A DNA stretch of 64,000 nt from Asterias rubens. Its lineage: Eukaryota. Positions 37,486-49,600 of the stretch are shown here, piece after piece; within the stretch, counting starts at the first letter, position 1, and each line of letters opens with the position of its first letter. Position numbers and translations under genes: made by a program. The notes under the pieces are model-generated. The model saw only the letters and a program-made list of their open reading frames with translations. It did not search any database and was not told the DNA's origin. The stretch is from assembly GCF_902459465.1 (NCBI RefSeq), contig NC_047081.1, positions 11,656,001 to 11,720,000 of the forward strand. The letters are read 5' to 3'.

Positions 37486-40400
37486 ATGTATGGAGGAGGA
37501 AGTAGGGGGAAGTGTCCAGAAAACTGGCAAACAGCCGAAATCTTGAAATGGATTCAAGACAACGACCATTCCAAAGGAGATATTAAAAGTAGAGTAATGG
37601 GGGTCGTGCAAGCCAATGACTTGGACGGCCACACTTTGAAGCAACTGGTGGCTGAAAAAGACGAGATTCAAAATCTGTTCCCAGCACTGAAGGAGAGACT
37701 GGCGTTTAAGTCTATGCTCAGGAATCTGTTCAAGGTAAAAAAAAAAAAAAATCAATTAACCCGATCCCGAGTGAGATTTTTAACACACAGATAGATTGGC
37801 CATCCTCACTTGGTGTGTAATGTGTATTCAGTGTGCTCTTTCAACTTCGTTTAAATAATATGGTAGCCATGGGACTGTGTTTGACTGTGATATGAAAGAT
37901 AACATATTATTCGCACTTAAATCACTGTACTTTTAATGTTATATTGTGGTGATAATAACACAATATAAACATTCAAATTGCATTATCTATCAACTCACCC
38001 AAAATGGTTTAGGCTATGATCTAACTTTTTATTTCTTTATTATAGAAGCCCCGTCTTGATAAATAAACTACAACAACTTAGATTTAAGAAAATTGTATAC
38101 ACTTTGTACCAAAACTGCCATAACCTATTATACGCATAAAAACAATAACAGCTAATTTTTTTATTGCAGTATAGTGTTTATGCTCTTTTCAATTTATTTA
38201 CCGACAAAACTACAAATTGTGCCAGTAAAAATTCAATTTGTAAACGGATGTAACTACAACTTGTAGGTAGTCTGAGGCCCCGATAACAAAACAGGACCAC
38301 TAAATATTATTACCTGTGCCAGATTTTGTGCGATCATTGTTGCAAGTTCTTGAAAGACGGTCAGTGACAAAATTAGGTAACTCGACGTTTTGACCATGCT
38401 CCCACTGGTTGTATTCAGGAGTATGAAAGCATTTAAATATTATGTGCATCTTATTTAAATATTTTTACAGTGAAACTAATTATATGACCTTAACAACTTT
38501 TTTTGTTATATGATAATTTAAAAGATGTTGATTTTTTGAATTTGTATTTCGTTTGTTCAATGTCAACAGGAAGTGGGTAAGGTGTTATCAATTGAACCGC
38601 CTAGCAACCTCGTCCCCAAGCATTCACCGCCCGCTCCCGTGATGGTAGCATCCTACCCTCATAAACTACAACCCGCAACCTCGTTCCCTCCTCTCCAAAA
38701 CAGTATTCGCTTCCCGGTGGTCACCACACCAACAAGAACATATCTCCCCCGAGAAGGAGGACCAACGCTTCCCGGCCGCCCCAGACTCCATCGTCCAGTG
38801 GACACGCATCAAGTGACGTCACAAAAGAGAATATTCATGGATAGGCCACCAATTGACTCAGTTTTGCCAAAGAAAATAAGGGATTTGATACACACTGAGA
38901 AAACCTTCACTTTGCCATCGTCGGTTCCTTTCTCCGTGAATACCTCCTCACCCATAAACATAACCACTCAGCCACTGTACTTTAACAGTCAATCTATGAT
39001 GTCTCCTCCACAAGCAAAGAGGCAAGCACTCTATCACAATGTCACCTCACCACCACCCATCTCTCGAAGTATCCCCTCATCCTGCTCTGCCCCAACTGTC
39101 ACCCAAACTGGCACCTCAATTCAGCTCCCTACCACTCCTCCTCAACCCCCGCCACAGAAGTCGCCTCAAATAATTTCCTCAGTCACTTCGTACGGCCTAG
39201 GTGTTGTACCAAGTGAAAAAACTCCTGCATCCAACTCATGGCTGGTCAGTAGCAGCAACAACTCGGAACCAAAAGTCTGCCCTACAGACTCGTCCTCCGC
39301 TGGATATTGTAGATGTATAAACTATCCGGCTCCAATCCCAGACTTTGAAGACGATATCCTGGAGTGCATGGCGAAGACGGGAGGGATTCGTCCTGTCGTG
39401 AGAAAGAGGATCATGCGGGACGCCTCCCAATTCTATGTCAGCATTACCATGGGGCAGAGACTCAACTCCAATGATTATGCCAACATTGGACGCACAATGA
39501 TTGAAAAGTTCCCGGCTTTGTCGTGTGGAGGTCTGATTCCTTGGGTAAGTTGTTTACAAACATTGCTGGGCCAGAATTTAGAATTTGGGACCAGGGACAT
39601 TTTGTTGTGTTTTAATGACAAGTAGCACCGACGCCCGACCATCTGACGTCACACTTCAAGGCCAGTGAACCTAGAGCCCGGGTTTCGGATCACCTTCGAC
39701 CTCACATCATTTCACATGGCCTTCATTGTTCTTGGTGGGGAATTACAGTTAAATCCCCTTGACATCAAAGATGGCGGCAAATGCGAGCCGCGGGTGTGTG
39801 ACGTCAGAAATTCGGTTTATGATGCACTCGAACCCAACGTAGATAGCAATACCATTAAAGGCATGTTCGTAAGAGAAATAAATCAGTTTTTTCTGCAATT
39901 TATAATGCCCTTAAAAATTATGTTTTGTTGTGCTCAATCAAAACGAATTGTACCTGGTAAAGTCTGCTGCCACCTAGCGGTTGAGAGATGTTTATAGTTA
40001 TGATAAAACAAAATCCACCTCGTACAATTATCGCATTATCAAATGGTTTCTTCAAGATAAAGTAACATTATAAATACACATTTTATTGACACAGTGGCAT
40101 TTTTATTATTTCTGTGTGACTCTTTTAAATGACGGTGTCCCATATTCTGTCCGCTGTAGATTCGGTCCCCCAATGGAAAGTTAACATTGGCTGGCTCTTG
40201 AGGAGGGTCCTAACTCGGAACAGGATTAACCCTAATCCTAGCGTTTCTATGGTTCTTCTTAAACGCCATTTCGGTCCAAATCCAGCAAAGTCCTATAATA
40301 TGTCAAGTCTATATGCACACATGTGATTTGGAAGGACCAAAATGGCTTCTAATCGCAAGTTTTCGCCCCTTTTTCAATTATACGAACGGCTTTTGGCTAC

Positions 40401-40765
40401 GACTTAAGAATATGGTTTCAGAATATACTCCTCAACTAACTCGCAGTCTAGCCAAAGCCATAGTCAAAGTTGGTGTGGTAGACATGGCTTAACATATTCT
40501 CTCATACATTTCCCATCATCAGGCACTGTTCAACAAAAGTCTCAGCCAATGCATCCGAAACCTTCGTCGCCGTTTGAAGAAAATCAACGGGGGATTCGAG
40601 TCACTGAACAAAGCAGGAGACGACCTCGAGTCCGGGAGTGCTGTTACGTTCGACCCCATTGATTTATCAGATGAAGAAATTGGAGAAGGGGAGGAGGATG
40701 GAGGACAAGATGTCTTCTTCATCAAGGAAGAGATACCTGTTTGGACTGAGGATCAAGTGCAGTAG
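37486..40765 (+). CDS. Unnamed protein, about 488 aa: N-terminal SAM-like domain, long Pro/Ser/Thr-rich linker, SAMD3-like central domain, acidic tail. Exons: 37486-37734, 38570-39544, 40523-40765
   Basis: Three phase-0 exons join without a stop. N-terminal PENWQTAEILKWI...NDLDGHTL...FPALKERLAF fits the SAM pattern (W..E+..W+ ... +DG..L). The segment PDFEDDILECMA...VRKRIMR...NDYANIGRTMIEKFPAL...W...L...IRNLRRR resembles the recalled post-SAM region of vertebrate SAMD3. Confidence 0.8.
39642..39808. repeat. Short palindromic element with 13-bp inverted repeat (tctgacgtcacac / gtgtgacgtcaga) in intron 2 of the SAM-domain gene
   Basis: Read directly; contains two CRE cores and aagatggcggc. Confidence 0.55.
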
Positions 40766-41641
40766 ACGTTTATCACTTCAAGAAATATTTCTGAGTCGGA
40801 GCTGACTTTCTGAGTCGGAGTTGACAAACTGGGTTTCCGGTCCAAAAAACAAGACTCAATGTTTTCATTTCTTGATCGTTTACAAAGTCAACTGATCTGG
40901 ATTCAGAGTCAGCTCTGCTGATATTCCGGGTTGGTTTAACCGAGGTCAGAGGTCAGGAAGAGACTGCAGTCGAACCAACCATGCATGTTTAGAGCGCCGC
41001 GCGGGTCCATTTTATGGACCTATTTTTATGATAGGGGTATAGCACTTAACTTCTTTCTTTAAAAAAACTGCATAAGCTTTCGTACATAGCAACATCTATT
41101 GCGTCGAATGCAATGATGGAGGGCACAAGCCAAAATAATGTACATTCTACAAGAAATAGTCAATGATTCCTATGTCGAGCCAGTGAGCAGTCACTATTAA
41201 AGACCATCTATTTGTGGTAGTTGGACAGGAAGCAATCATCAATAAAGTTCATGTTCTTTGTCATATTTTGTTCATCAGCTTCCCTCGTTTCATCCGTCTC
41301 TTACTTTCTTTGTATATTATGATTTATCATCTCTATGAAATGCGGACTTGTTGGTGATTACGTCAGTACACGCATGCCGACATCTGCATGCACGCCCAAC
41401 GTTTCACTCTTCTGGCTTCAATCCCTTTCTGTTGATCATTCTGTGTACACAATTTGCATTATACAACCAAAGAAAGGGAAATGTGCAAACTGAAAAGTGT
41501 TTAAAAAATCATTGGACACGTATATATAGCAGGGAACGTTTGAGCTATGGCATTGGTCCACGCAGAGCAGGCCCAGTCAATAATCTGATATCACTTCATT
41601 GACCCATGTATATGATTGACCTCAGTGAGGCGACTGTTCTT

Positions 41642-41876
41642 GGCCCAATTTCAAAGAGCTGCTAAGCACAAAATTCTGCTAAGCATGACATGTCTTCCTT
41701 AATAAAAACAGGATTGCCAACCACATTTCCACGTGATTTTCAGGATAAGCAAGCAACAGCTGAGTACCAGTAACAAGCAATTTGCAACAATTACAAATTT
41801 GGTTGGTAATCCTGTTTTTATCAAGGAAGAAATGTCATGCTAAGCAGTTTTGTGTGTGCTTAGCAGCTCTTGGGCC
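41642..41876. mobile_element. Palindromic MITE (GGCCCAATTTCA..GAGCTGCTAAGCAC family)
   Basis: Long internal inverted arms (aaaacaggattgccaacc / ggttggtaatcctgtttt). Confidence 0.8.
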
Positions 41877-41992
41877 CTGGCCTTGGACAACTTTTTGTTA
41901 TGTGTCTTATCTGAGAACATGTCCAGAGAGCGTGCTGAAAATTCCCGTCTTACGTCATCCAGATAGCTAAGCACGCCTACTGGCGATAGCTG

Positions 41993-42162
41993 AGGCCCTT
42001 TTCGAAACCACGGCTTCAGCTCCGGATTCTGTTCAGGTTGCTTGGCCCGCAGTTGTTTTGGCAATATTGCGCGTGCTTTGCGTATACGCACTCAGGGCTT
42101 CAGACGAAAAGACGGAGCCTGAAGCTGAATTAAAATGTAAGCCGTGGTTTCGAAAAGGGCCT
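41993..42162. mobile_element. MITE with perfect 24-bp TIR
   Basis: aggcccttttcgaaaccacggctt / aagccgtggtttcgaaaagggcct. Confidence 0.85.
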
Positions 42163-42339
42163 GAGACTGTAACAGTTGAAGCGAGCGCTCTAATATTATT
42201 TTCTAACTGCCGACTTGGACTTTGGACAAGACCAGTGTATCGTACATCGATACATTATTCTAAACGTTTATTCCTGGTCTATTGAGGTTGTGCTGGTGGG
42301 GGTTATATGACTTCGTTCTTGTGACCATCAAACACGAAG

Positions 42340-42432
42340 ATGAGCGGCGAAATGACTTCGGATGCCGGAAATATCCAACAGGAAACTGTTTTGAGTAATC
42401 CAGCTCCAACTAGCGTTGTTCACCCGTTACCA
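42340..42432 (+). CDS. ABCG2: Candidate alternative first coding exon of ABCG2 (MSGEMTSDAGNIQQETVLSNPAPTSVVHPLP), phase 0
   Basis: ATG in acgaagATGA context; 31 open codons; donor CCA|GTTAGT; in phase with the shared exon at 47546. Confidence 0.5.
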
Positions 42433-42485
42433 GTTAGTATACATATAATATGAAACATAGATGCATTCAGAGACGGTCTCATTAA

Positions 42486-42867
42486 AGGCACTGGACACTA
42501 GATTGGTAATTGTCAAACACAAGTCTTCTCACTTGGTGTATCTCAACATATGCATGAAATAACAAACCTGTGAAAATTTTAGCTTGATTGGTCGTCGGAG
42601 TTGCGAGATAACTATGAAAGAAAAAACACCCCTGTCACACGAACTTGTGGGCTTTCAGATGCTTGATTTCGAGACCTCAAAGTTTAAACTTGAGGTCTCG
42701 AAATCAGAAACTAGTGGAAAATTACTTCTTTCTCGAAAACTACGTCACTTCAGAGGGAGCGGTTTCTCACAATGTTTTATACTATCAACCTCTCCTAATT
42801 ACTGGTTAGCAAGTGATGTTTTATGCTAATCATTATTTTGAGAAATTACCAATAGTGTCCGCTGCCT
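42486..42867. mobile_element. TTAA-flanked MITE (Kolobok-like; AGGCACTGGACAC family)
   Basis: ttaa|aggcactggacac ... gtgtccgctgcct|ttaa; central palindrome gatttcgagacctcaa/ttgaggtctcgaaatc. Partial relatives at about 53880 and 61780. Confidence 0.85.
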
Positions 42868-44159
42868 TTAAGTCACCTGAGGACAAGTCTATACAATAAT
42901 GTTTCATCGTTGTGACAATAACTATTGCGTGTCTTTTTATATTTTCATTTCGGTAAGCGTCTTTTGTTGCAGACAAATTCATTACTTTGTGCATTGGGAA
43001 ATTCCCAATGTGTAGGCTCCCGGTTTGGAAGTATGATGGGTGGGTTCCCTCTTCATACTTTCTAAGCCAGAAAATTATAACGAGTTTTTAAAGCTCTTTT
43101 GCTTTATTAGGCCTAACCGTTAGTTGTTACTGAAATAAGGGATTCCTATTCAGAGATTAACTCATTAATTCACTGACTTGAAGTCGATTCCAATAATGGT
43201 GCATCTTGTCCAATGCATCCACACCCATAGTTTCCTTTAAGTTTTCATCTACTCTCTAAATGTAAAAGAGTGAAAAACACCACTGTTTACATTTCGAGCT
43301 GTCCCTTATATGGCTCTTCAAAAAGAGTGGTGGTTATTTCACTCGAGTGGTTTCATTCTATAGGACAGAGTGAAAAATCACTCAAAAAGATGCAAACTTC
43401 AATCTAAAAGAGTGGAAGACCACTCGAAAAAGGGTTGTCCTTCATATTATAATATTATGCTTCTATGTTTGCATCTTCAAGTCAGAAGGTTGACCCTATA
43501 CTCTTCAAGATCTTTCTATGCCTCAGTGTCTATTATCAGAGCCCGTTGGAATAATGTCTTCCCATTACCAAGGGATCAGGCCCTGCGCTTGACAACTCTG
43601 TGCATGGACCCCGATTCGAATCCCACCTCAGTTAAGAGCCCGGTGTCGATGCGTCTTCAGTCCCTCCCCCCCCCCCCCCATATTATTTGTGGGGTTTTCT
43701 TATATTATATTATCTTGTTATTCGGGTGTGTAAATTATACGTAATTTATCTGACTATGTAGATGATCTGACAATCAGCCTTCAAGAGAGCCGTGAACCTT
43801 GTACCTAACAACCATAGAGCTATAATAGCTCTATTATGCTAACAACAGAAACAGTCGGCCATCTTTGGTTTCCTATAATAGTACTAGCCAAGCGTAATGT
43901 GCAGTGTTTAATGTTTAATGGTTTAATATCACTCGTCACGAAGGCTCATCGCAAAATAATTTATCAGGAAACAAACATAATGCCATAATCCTCCTCCGTG
44001 TGGAGTGAAATATAACCATTTCAGATTTGCTTTTAATAAAAAGAGGTAATCTATCAAATTGACAATTCAACAAGACATGCAATAAAACCAGTCAAATCAT
44101 CGAGTACAGATTAGGAATGTTTAAACCTCTGACACCATGGATTAAATTTTCACATTTCG

Positions 44160-44405
44160 TTTATTCTGTTTGTAGAGCAACTCCCAGGAAAGCGAGGCCT
44201 ATCATGCTCCACTATAGCCAATAACCCAATGGACAGAATTAGACACTGAAGAAAGAAGTTTCAGGGGTTTGGGAGGAAAATCCCATGAGAATTATTTCAT
44301 GGACAAAACTTACTGAAAACCCAATCCATAGTTCCCCGGCGTGATTCGAACCGGGGTTCTAGCGGTGGAAGATCGCTAGAGATCCCAACGCCAATCCGAC
44401 CACCA
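44160..44405 (-). mobile_element. tRNA-derived SINE
   Basis: Reverse B-box gattcgaacc; shares ctgaaaacccaatccat with the copies at 34440 and 56410. Confidence 0.6.
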
Positions 44406-45024
44406 ATCCCCTCCATAACGGCTCGATTTTCAAGAACTGACGAGTGACGGTGTCACCCTGTCACACTCACAGGGTGCCACAGAGATTTTTTTTAAATGCT
44501 GTGTAATAAATAAAAAAATATCAACATTTTGAAGGCTGGACTAAAATGCTTCAGACAACAGTATTATGTGAAAACCTTCGAGTTGCAGTTTCTGTTGGTT
44601 CTTAATTGTTGCTGGTTGAATATCCAATCATTGAATATTCAATCCGCAATTTTTTGTTTTCTACTGCCAAGTGTCCTTTTTAAATATCGTTGAATAAATG
44701 AACCATTGCTAATTCTAAAAATAATGTACTTTGATTACATGCTTTAAAGCTTTGTTTTCCACGACCTACAGACTCCCTAGAATACACCAGAGAGCATCTA
44801 CGGATTAAAACAATATTCCGGGGCCCTAAGGCGGGCCCCGGTCCCCCCGCCGTGGTATGTCCGTCCTCCCCCCCCCCCCCCCACCTTTTAGGACGGATTG
44901 ACGCCCCTGCCATCTCAGCTTGCAAGTTTGAACAGTTCTTTAATCTGCGCGTTCCACGAAGCGACGGCTCCATTATTACAACACAGGGGCTTTGGGGTCA
45001 TGAAACTGTGAATAGCCTGTTCAG

Positions 45025-45052
45025 ATTACGTAACGTCGGTATGGCTATATAA
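45025..45052 (+). promoter_or_regulatory. ATTACGTAAC (PAR-bZIP/CEBP-type site) and TATATAA box upstream of the ABCG2 alternative exon at 45155
   Basis: ATTACGTAAC at 45025-45034 and TATATAA at 45046-45052, read directly from the sequence. Confidence 0.45.
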
Positions 45053-45154
45053 CACGCAATTATTTAATAGCATAGAGAAAGGACTTGTAAATGCTGTGCT
45101 GTGTTACTGTCTGTATGTTCGTCTTCATAAACCAACACAAGACCAAGACCAAAG

Positions 45155-45226
45155 ATGAGTGACAATTTAGAAGGTGCCAATAATATTCAGGGTATGAGTA
45201 TTTCTCCTATTGATGATGATGTACCG
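45155..45226 (+). CDS. ABCG2: Candidate alternative first coding exon of ABCG2 (MSDNLEGANNIQGMSISPIDDDVP), phase 0
   Basis: ATG in caaagATGA context; 24 open codons; consensus donor CCG|GTAAGT; TATA box about 105 nt upstream; in phase with the exon at 47546. Confidence 0.65.
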
Positions 45227-45415
45227 GTAAGTACCAAGCATGAAACATTGTATTCCTCTGTTATTCAATGTTGATAACAAAGGAGGGACGCTGCGGCGTT
45301 GAAGAATTCCGTGCATTGTTGGCGGTGCAATCCAGACGCTGTACGTTTCCCCATTAGATCCGAGCTCGCTGTACGGTTTGCCATCATAGATAGATAGATA
45401 GATATTATACACATA

Positions 45416-45566
45416 AATGAATGTTTATGAGTGCAATGGTGCGAATATGTTCATGAGTTGAAAGATGGAATGTTCTATTCAACGAGGCGGAGCCGAGTTG
45501 AATGGAACATTCCAGCTTTCAACGAATGAACATTTCGCACCATTGCACGAATGAAAAACATTCATT
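45416..45566. mobile_element. Fold-back palindromic MITE, about 150 bp
   Basis: aatgaatgttt..gtgcaatggtgcgaa..gttgaaag.tggaatgttc.attcaac around gaggcggagccga, then the mirror arm. Confidence 0.8.
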
Positions 45567-45609
45567 ATTTGTTTTTTATTCAATGTTGCAAATAGTGTAT
45601 AATACAGAG

Positions 45610-46130
45610 TAATATGGACAAGATAAAAGTAAATATAAAATATATTAAAAGATGAAACAATAAACAAAAGGCAACCTCTAGGTCCGGGGAGAAGCACAGC
45701 TTTTGTTCCCCAGCCTATGAACAGACAAACCCAAAAAACAGACAGACATTAAAAATACAGGACAAAACTAACAGGACAAAATTGACAGGTGTAAGACAGA
45801 AAATAAAGCCGTTACAATTTCTACATACAAAAATAACATCAGAATCTTAGTATTCATTAAGAAAACGAGTTTTAAGTTTTTGGGTAAAAGTTGAGAGAGT
45901 ACTCAATGATTTAAAAGAGTCATCCAGACTATTCCAAAATAAAGTGCCACGCTGGACAACACCATTTTTAGACAACGAGGTTCTACGATAGTTAACATAC
46001 AGATTTTTCCTAGCAGCGCTACGGGTATAGGAGTGGATGTTTGAGGCAAGTGTAAAACTGGAGTTGAAACATGGAGGTAACAGATTATTCATATATTTAT
46101 ACATAAACTTTCCACACGTAACCACCACTT
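45610..46130 (-). mobile_element. 5'-truncated CR1/L2-group LINE 3' end (ORF2 C-terminus plus 3' UTR)
   Basis: ORF 45847-46128 reads HSYTRSAARKNL...RGTLFWNSLDDSFKSLSTLSTFTQKLKTRFLNEY, the usual end of non-LTR ORF2, followed by an AT-rich tail. Confidence 0.8.
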
Positions 46131-46694
46131 AAAGATTTGACGGGGAGATCAGTGGTGTGAGTGAGATCGCGATCAAATTCTAACTTTTATCTAAAAAGAA
46201 ATACACAAAGTTGTAGGAATGGGCGTTTAATACACAAAGTTGTAGGAATGGGCGTTGCTTTTTTCCCCGTACTATATCACATCGACCAATAGTTTTGTCT
46301 TGTGGATGTCTTGACTACTATGAACGGACGGGTGGTTGAGCATGCGCCGACCGAGCGGATCCTCTCACGTGCATTTGTATGCAAGGCTATATATATAATA
46401 ATGAGCGCAAAGCTAAGGTCGTATTGGTTTGTGCCAGCGTTCGATCCGAGATCTAGTATAACATGTGATTGTGTGAGCACTTAACACAAGTTGACGACAG
46501 AGGACGACCTACAACATCAAACGATCAATAATCAACAGCTATAAAACGAAGTACAGTGGAGTCTAGATAACGTGTAAAGTTGTATTATTCTTTTAGTTTG
46601 GGACGATATATTGGTGGCATGATTTAGGTTCTCGAGTCAATGTAGGCTACGTATGTATTTCTCATGTAATTTCTGCACGCTGGGTGTTTAACAA

Positions 46695-49600
46695 ATGGCA
46701 AACGATCTGAAAAGCGACCGGAACAAGGGCACATCAAAGGTAAAATACGATTAGGTTAATGAAAGTATACTTCTACCCTCTAGAATCTAATAAGCCTCAC
46801 GGGAGCCTTATAGTTTCTAGAAGTAGTTAAAGTATATAAAAACGCAGGCTGAGACTAGCCCCATAAATTGTTTCAATCTAGACCCAGTAACTTGGGCGCT
46901 GTACCCTGTACTGTATTCCTTTTTCGAAATGTTGACATTTTCTGTCATCCTCATAGTCATACTACTACTACTAGTAATGTATGACAGAAAATGTATGACA
47001 GAAAATGTCAAAATTTCGAAAAAGGAATACAGCGCCCCAGTTAGTAACTAGTCTAGGTCCAATCATGGAGGAAGAAATGCACTCCGGATTGGACCAATTT
47101 TATGGGCTGGTCATTGATGGACAAAAACGAACTATGGAGTATGGTTTGTTTTGTGTTCAACTTCAATGTTGGACAAACGCTGTAAGGAATCCAATCAACC
47201 AATTATTATGGATAAAGTATGTAACTTTTATTATTTTGAAATTGGAAACGTACATTTCAAATGTATGACATTTTTACATTTTGTTTTGAGCCCCATTTGA
47301 TTTGGGTCCACTAGTTAGTATCCTAAAGGACTTTAGTGGGCCACTATAATAAGGATACTATAGTATTGGACCCACTCCCCTCCCCCCCCCCCCCCCCCCC
47401 CCCAACACCCCATGTTCCACTGAAAGCAATTTTCCCCATGGCCTATCCCGCTCACTTTTTTTCAGAATTGTTTTATTTACCAGCAAGGAAACAAATTGTT
47501 AATACTTGTTATTTAATTACTTTTTCTTTTTGTTATTGTTTACAGGAAAAGCTCGTACCGAATGGCTCGAATGTTATCTCTCCGCAGTATGGGAGTACTT
47601 TTGGGGACCCTAGTATCCCAAACAATGAGCCAGGAATGCAGCATCACCGGGCAAACTCGGTCAGTGGCTCGACGTTATCATTCCACAACATCAACTACGT
47701 CGTCAAGACCAAAGTGGACGGGAAGAAAATTGACAAAGTCATCTTAAATGAAGTCACGTATGTAAAACTTAGAGGGGGGGGTGTCTGTCTGGAGCCTCCC
47801 CCTCTCAGAACCCAAGCTCCACCCCTAATAAGATTGAAAAAACGCACGATGGTTCTAAGATACATTTAAAATAAAATTAAAATAACATAAAAAATTATGA
47901 GTAACACAGGAATGTCTTGCAATTTATGCTTGTGCTGCCCTCAGTTTTTGCTTTTGCTCAGCAGCATCTTCTACTCATTTATCATTAGCTTTATGAAATT
48001 AGGCCCTGGGCCCACTTTTATCAAGCTGTTTAGCAGAAAAATCTGGTCAGCAAATTTCTTGACTAAGAAAGCAAGAGATGACAAGGGTACCAGTTGCAGG
48101 AATAGTAATTGTATGGTATTTTGGCTATAGACATATCTTTGATAAGCAAGGATGTTTGAGCTTAGGATTGTACATGTCAGAGATTTGTCAGAGGTTTTCA
48201 CACGGTTAGATTAGATTAGATTTATTGTCCACGTTAAAAACATAGAAACTTGTCTTCCAATGGCCAAATACAAGTATACACAATCAATATCATAACTATA
48301 TAAATTACCAAAATAAGAGAAGTAGGAATACAAAGCAACAAACATTGCATTTTAAACTGTTAATCCTGCTCTACTAAATATCTTTCTTCAATGAATTCAA
48401 CCCATTTTACTTTTAAAAAGTGTACTTAATCAAATGGTCTCTGTTTTCTCCACTAGTGGGATATTTGGACCTGGAATGAACGCTATCCTTGGTCCAACAG
48501 GCAGCGGAAAAACTTCGTAAGCATTTTAAATATTTTTAAAGGATTTTTAGTGGCTTTAAACTTGGTATCATAGTGTCTTACATAGGATCTAGAAACTGTC
48601 CTAACTTGCAGCACCGTCAGCATAAAAGTGTGCATGAGTTAAATTCAGAAGCCTATCGCAAAGCCTGTTAATCTAAAACGATAACCAAACTTATATTCAG
48701 ACCATTTGAAAACCTGTAAAACTTTATCCCAATTGATCCAAGGTGTTACATAAATATTGATCCTAATTGTAATGAACTTTTGCAGACTGCTTACACAAAC
48801 CAAAAGGACATATTGTAAATGCAAAGAATTAATAATGGTCCGACAGACATTTCAAGGTCTTCCTCAAGCAAGCTTATTGTGTGACAGCAAAACCCAATGC
48901 AATGCAAACCCTGTGTTGTCATTTAGCCTTGAGACAGACTCTGCTGGGCTCCAAAATGTTCACCCATTCATCAATTTTATGCCTCAGACAGTACTAAGAT
49001 TGTAAACTTTGCACGATTGGTGGAAATTCGATAGTATGGTAAGGTTTGCGATAGCACCATATGTAATGATAACTATGGAACAATTTCGTCCAGCAATTTT
49101 GCTGAGCAAGAAATTTTGGTTGAACATATTTTGTGCACACTGAATGCTAATAATTGAGTAGCAAATCCTGATTTTTTGGTAGCAATTGAAAAGAACCTGG
49201 AACCAGAGGCTTCAACCAGTGTTTCGATCAGTATGGTCCGATTGTCTTTTAAAACAAAAAAAATAAATAAAAAATAGTCTTCTCCAGAAGCTGATTAGAG
49301 CATCTAAACGTTAAGTTGAAACCTACGGTTCTGAAACGTTGAGTTGAGACCTACGGTTCTCTTCAGAACCACCCCCAACTCAATTGGAGATTTTCATAAC
49401 ATTGTGTTACCGCAAACCTTTCTATAGTTTATGCATTATTTAACTAAGTTTTTGTGAAAGATTTCAAAAGGTTTCTTTCTTCCCCATAATTTCTTGACAG
49501 ACTTCTGGATGTATTGGCTGCAAGAAAAGATCCACATGGTCTGTCAGGGACCGTGCTTATCGATGGCCAAGCTCAACCTGAAAACTTCAAACTCGTCTCT

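Noticed and set aside
36000-41300. Intact transposon carrying the SAM-domain gene
   Set aside because: No transposase ORF, matching terminal inverted repeats or target duplication could be found around the gene.
42899-42952. Fourth possible ABCG2 first exon (MFHRCDNNYCVSFYIFIS, TCG|GTAAGC, phase 0)
   Set aside because: The ATG context is poor, the T-rich composition is intron-like, and it lies right beside a MITE end. It is likely chance, though junction reads would settle it.
44680-44973. 97-aa minus-strand ORF
   Set aside because: It is driven by a poly-C/G tract and GC-rich promoter-like sequence, with no homology.
45847-46128. 93-aa ORF as a host gene
   Set aside because: It is the C-terminal remnant of a LINE ORF2, listed as a mobile element.
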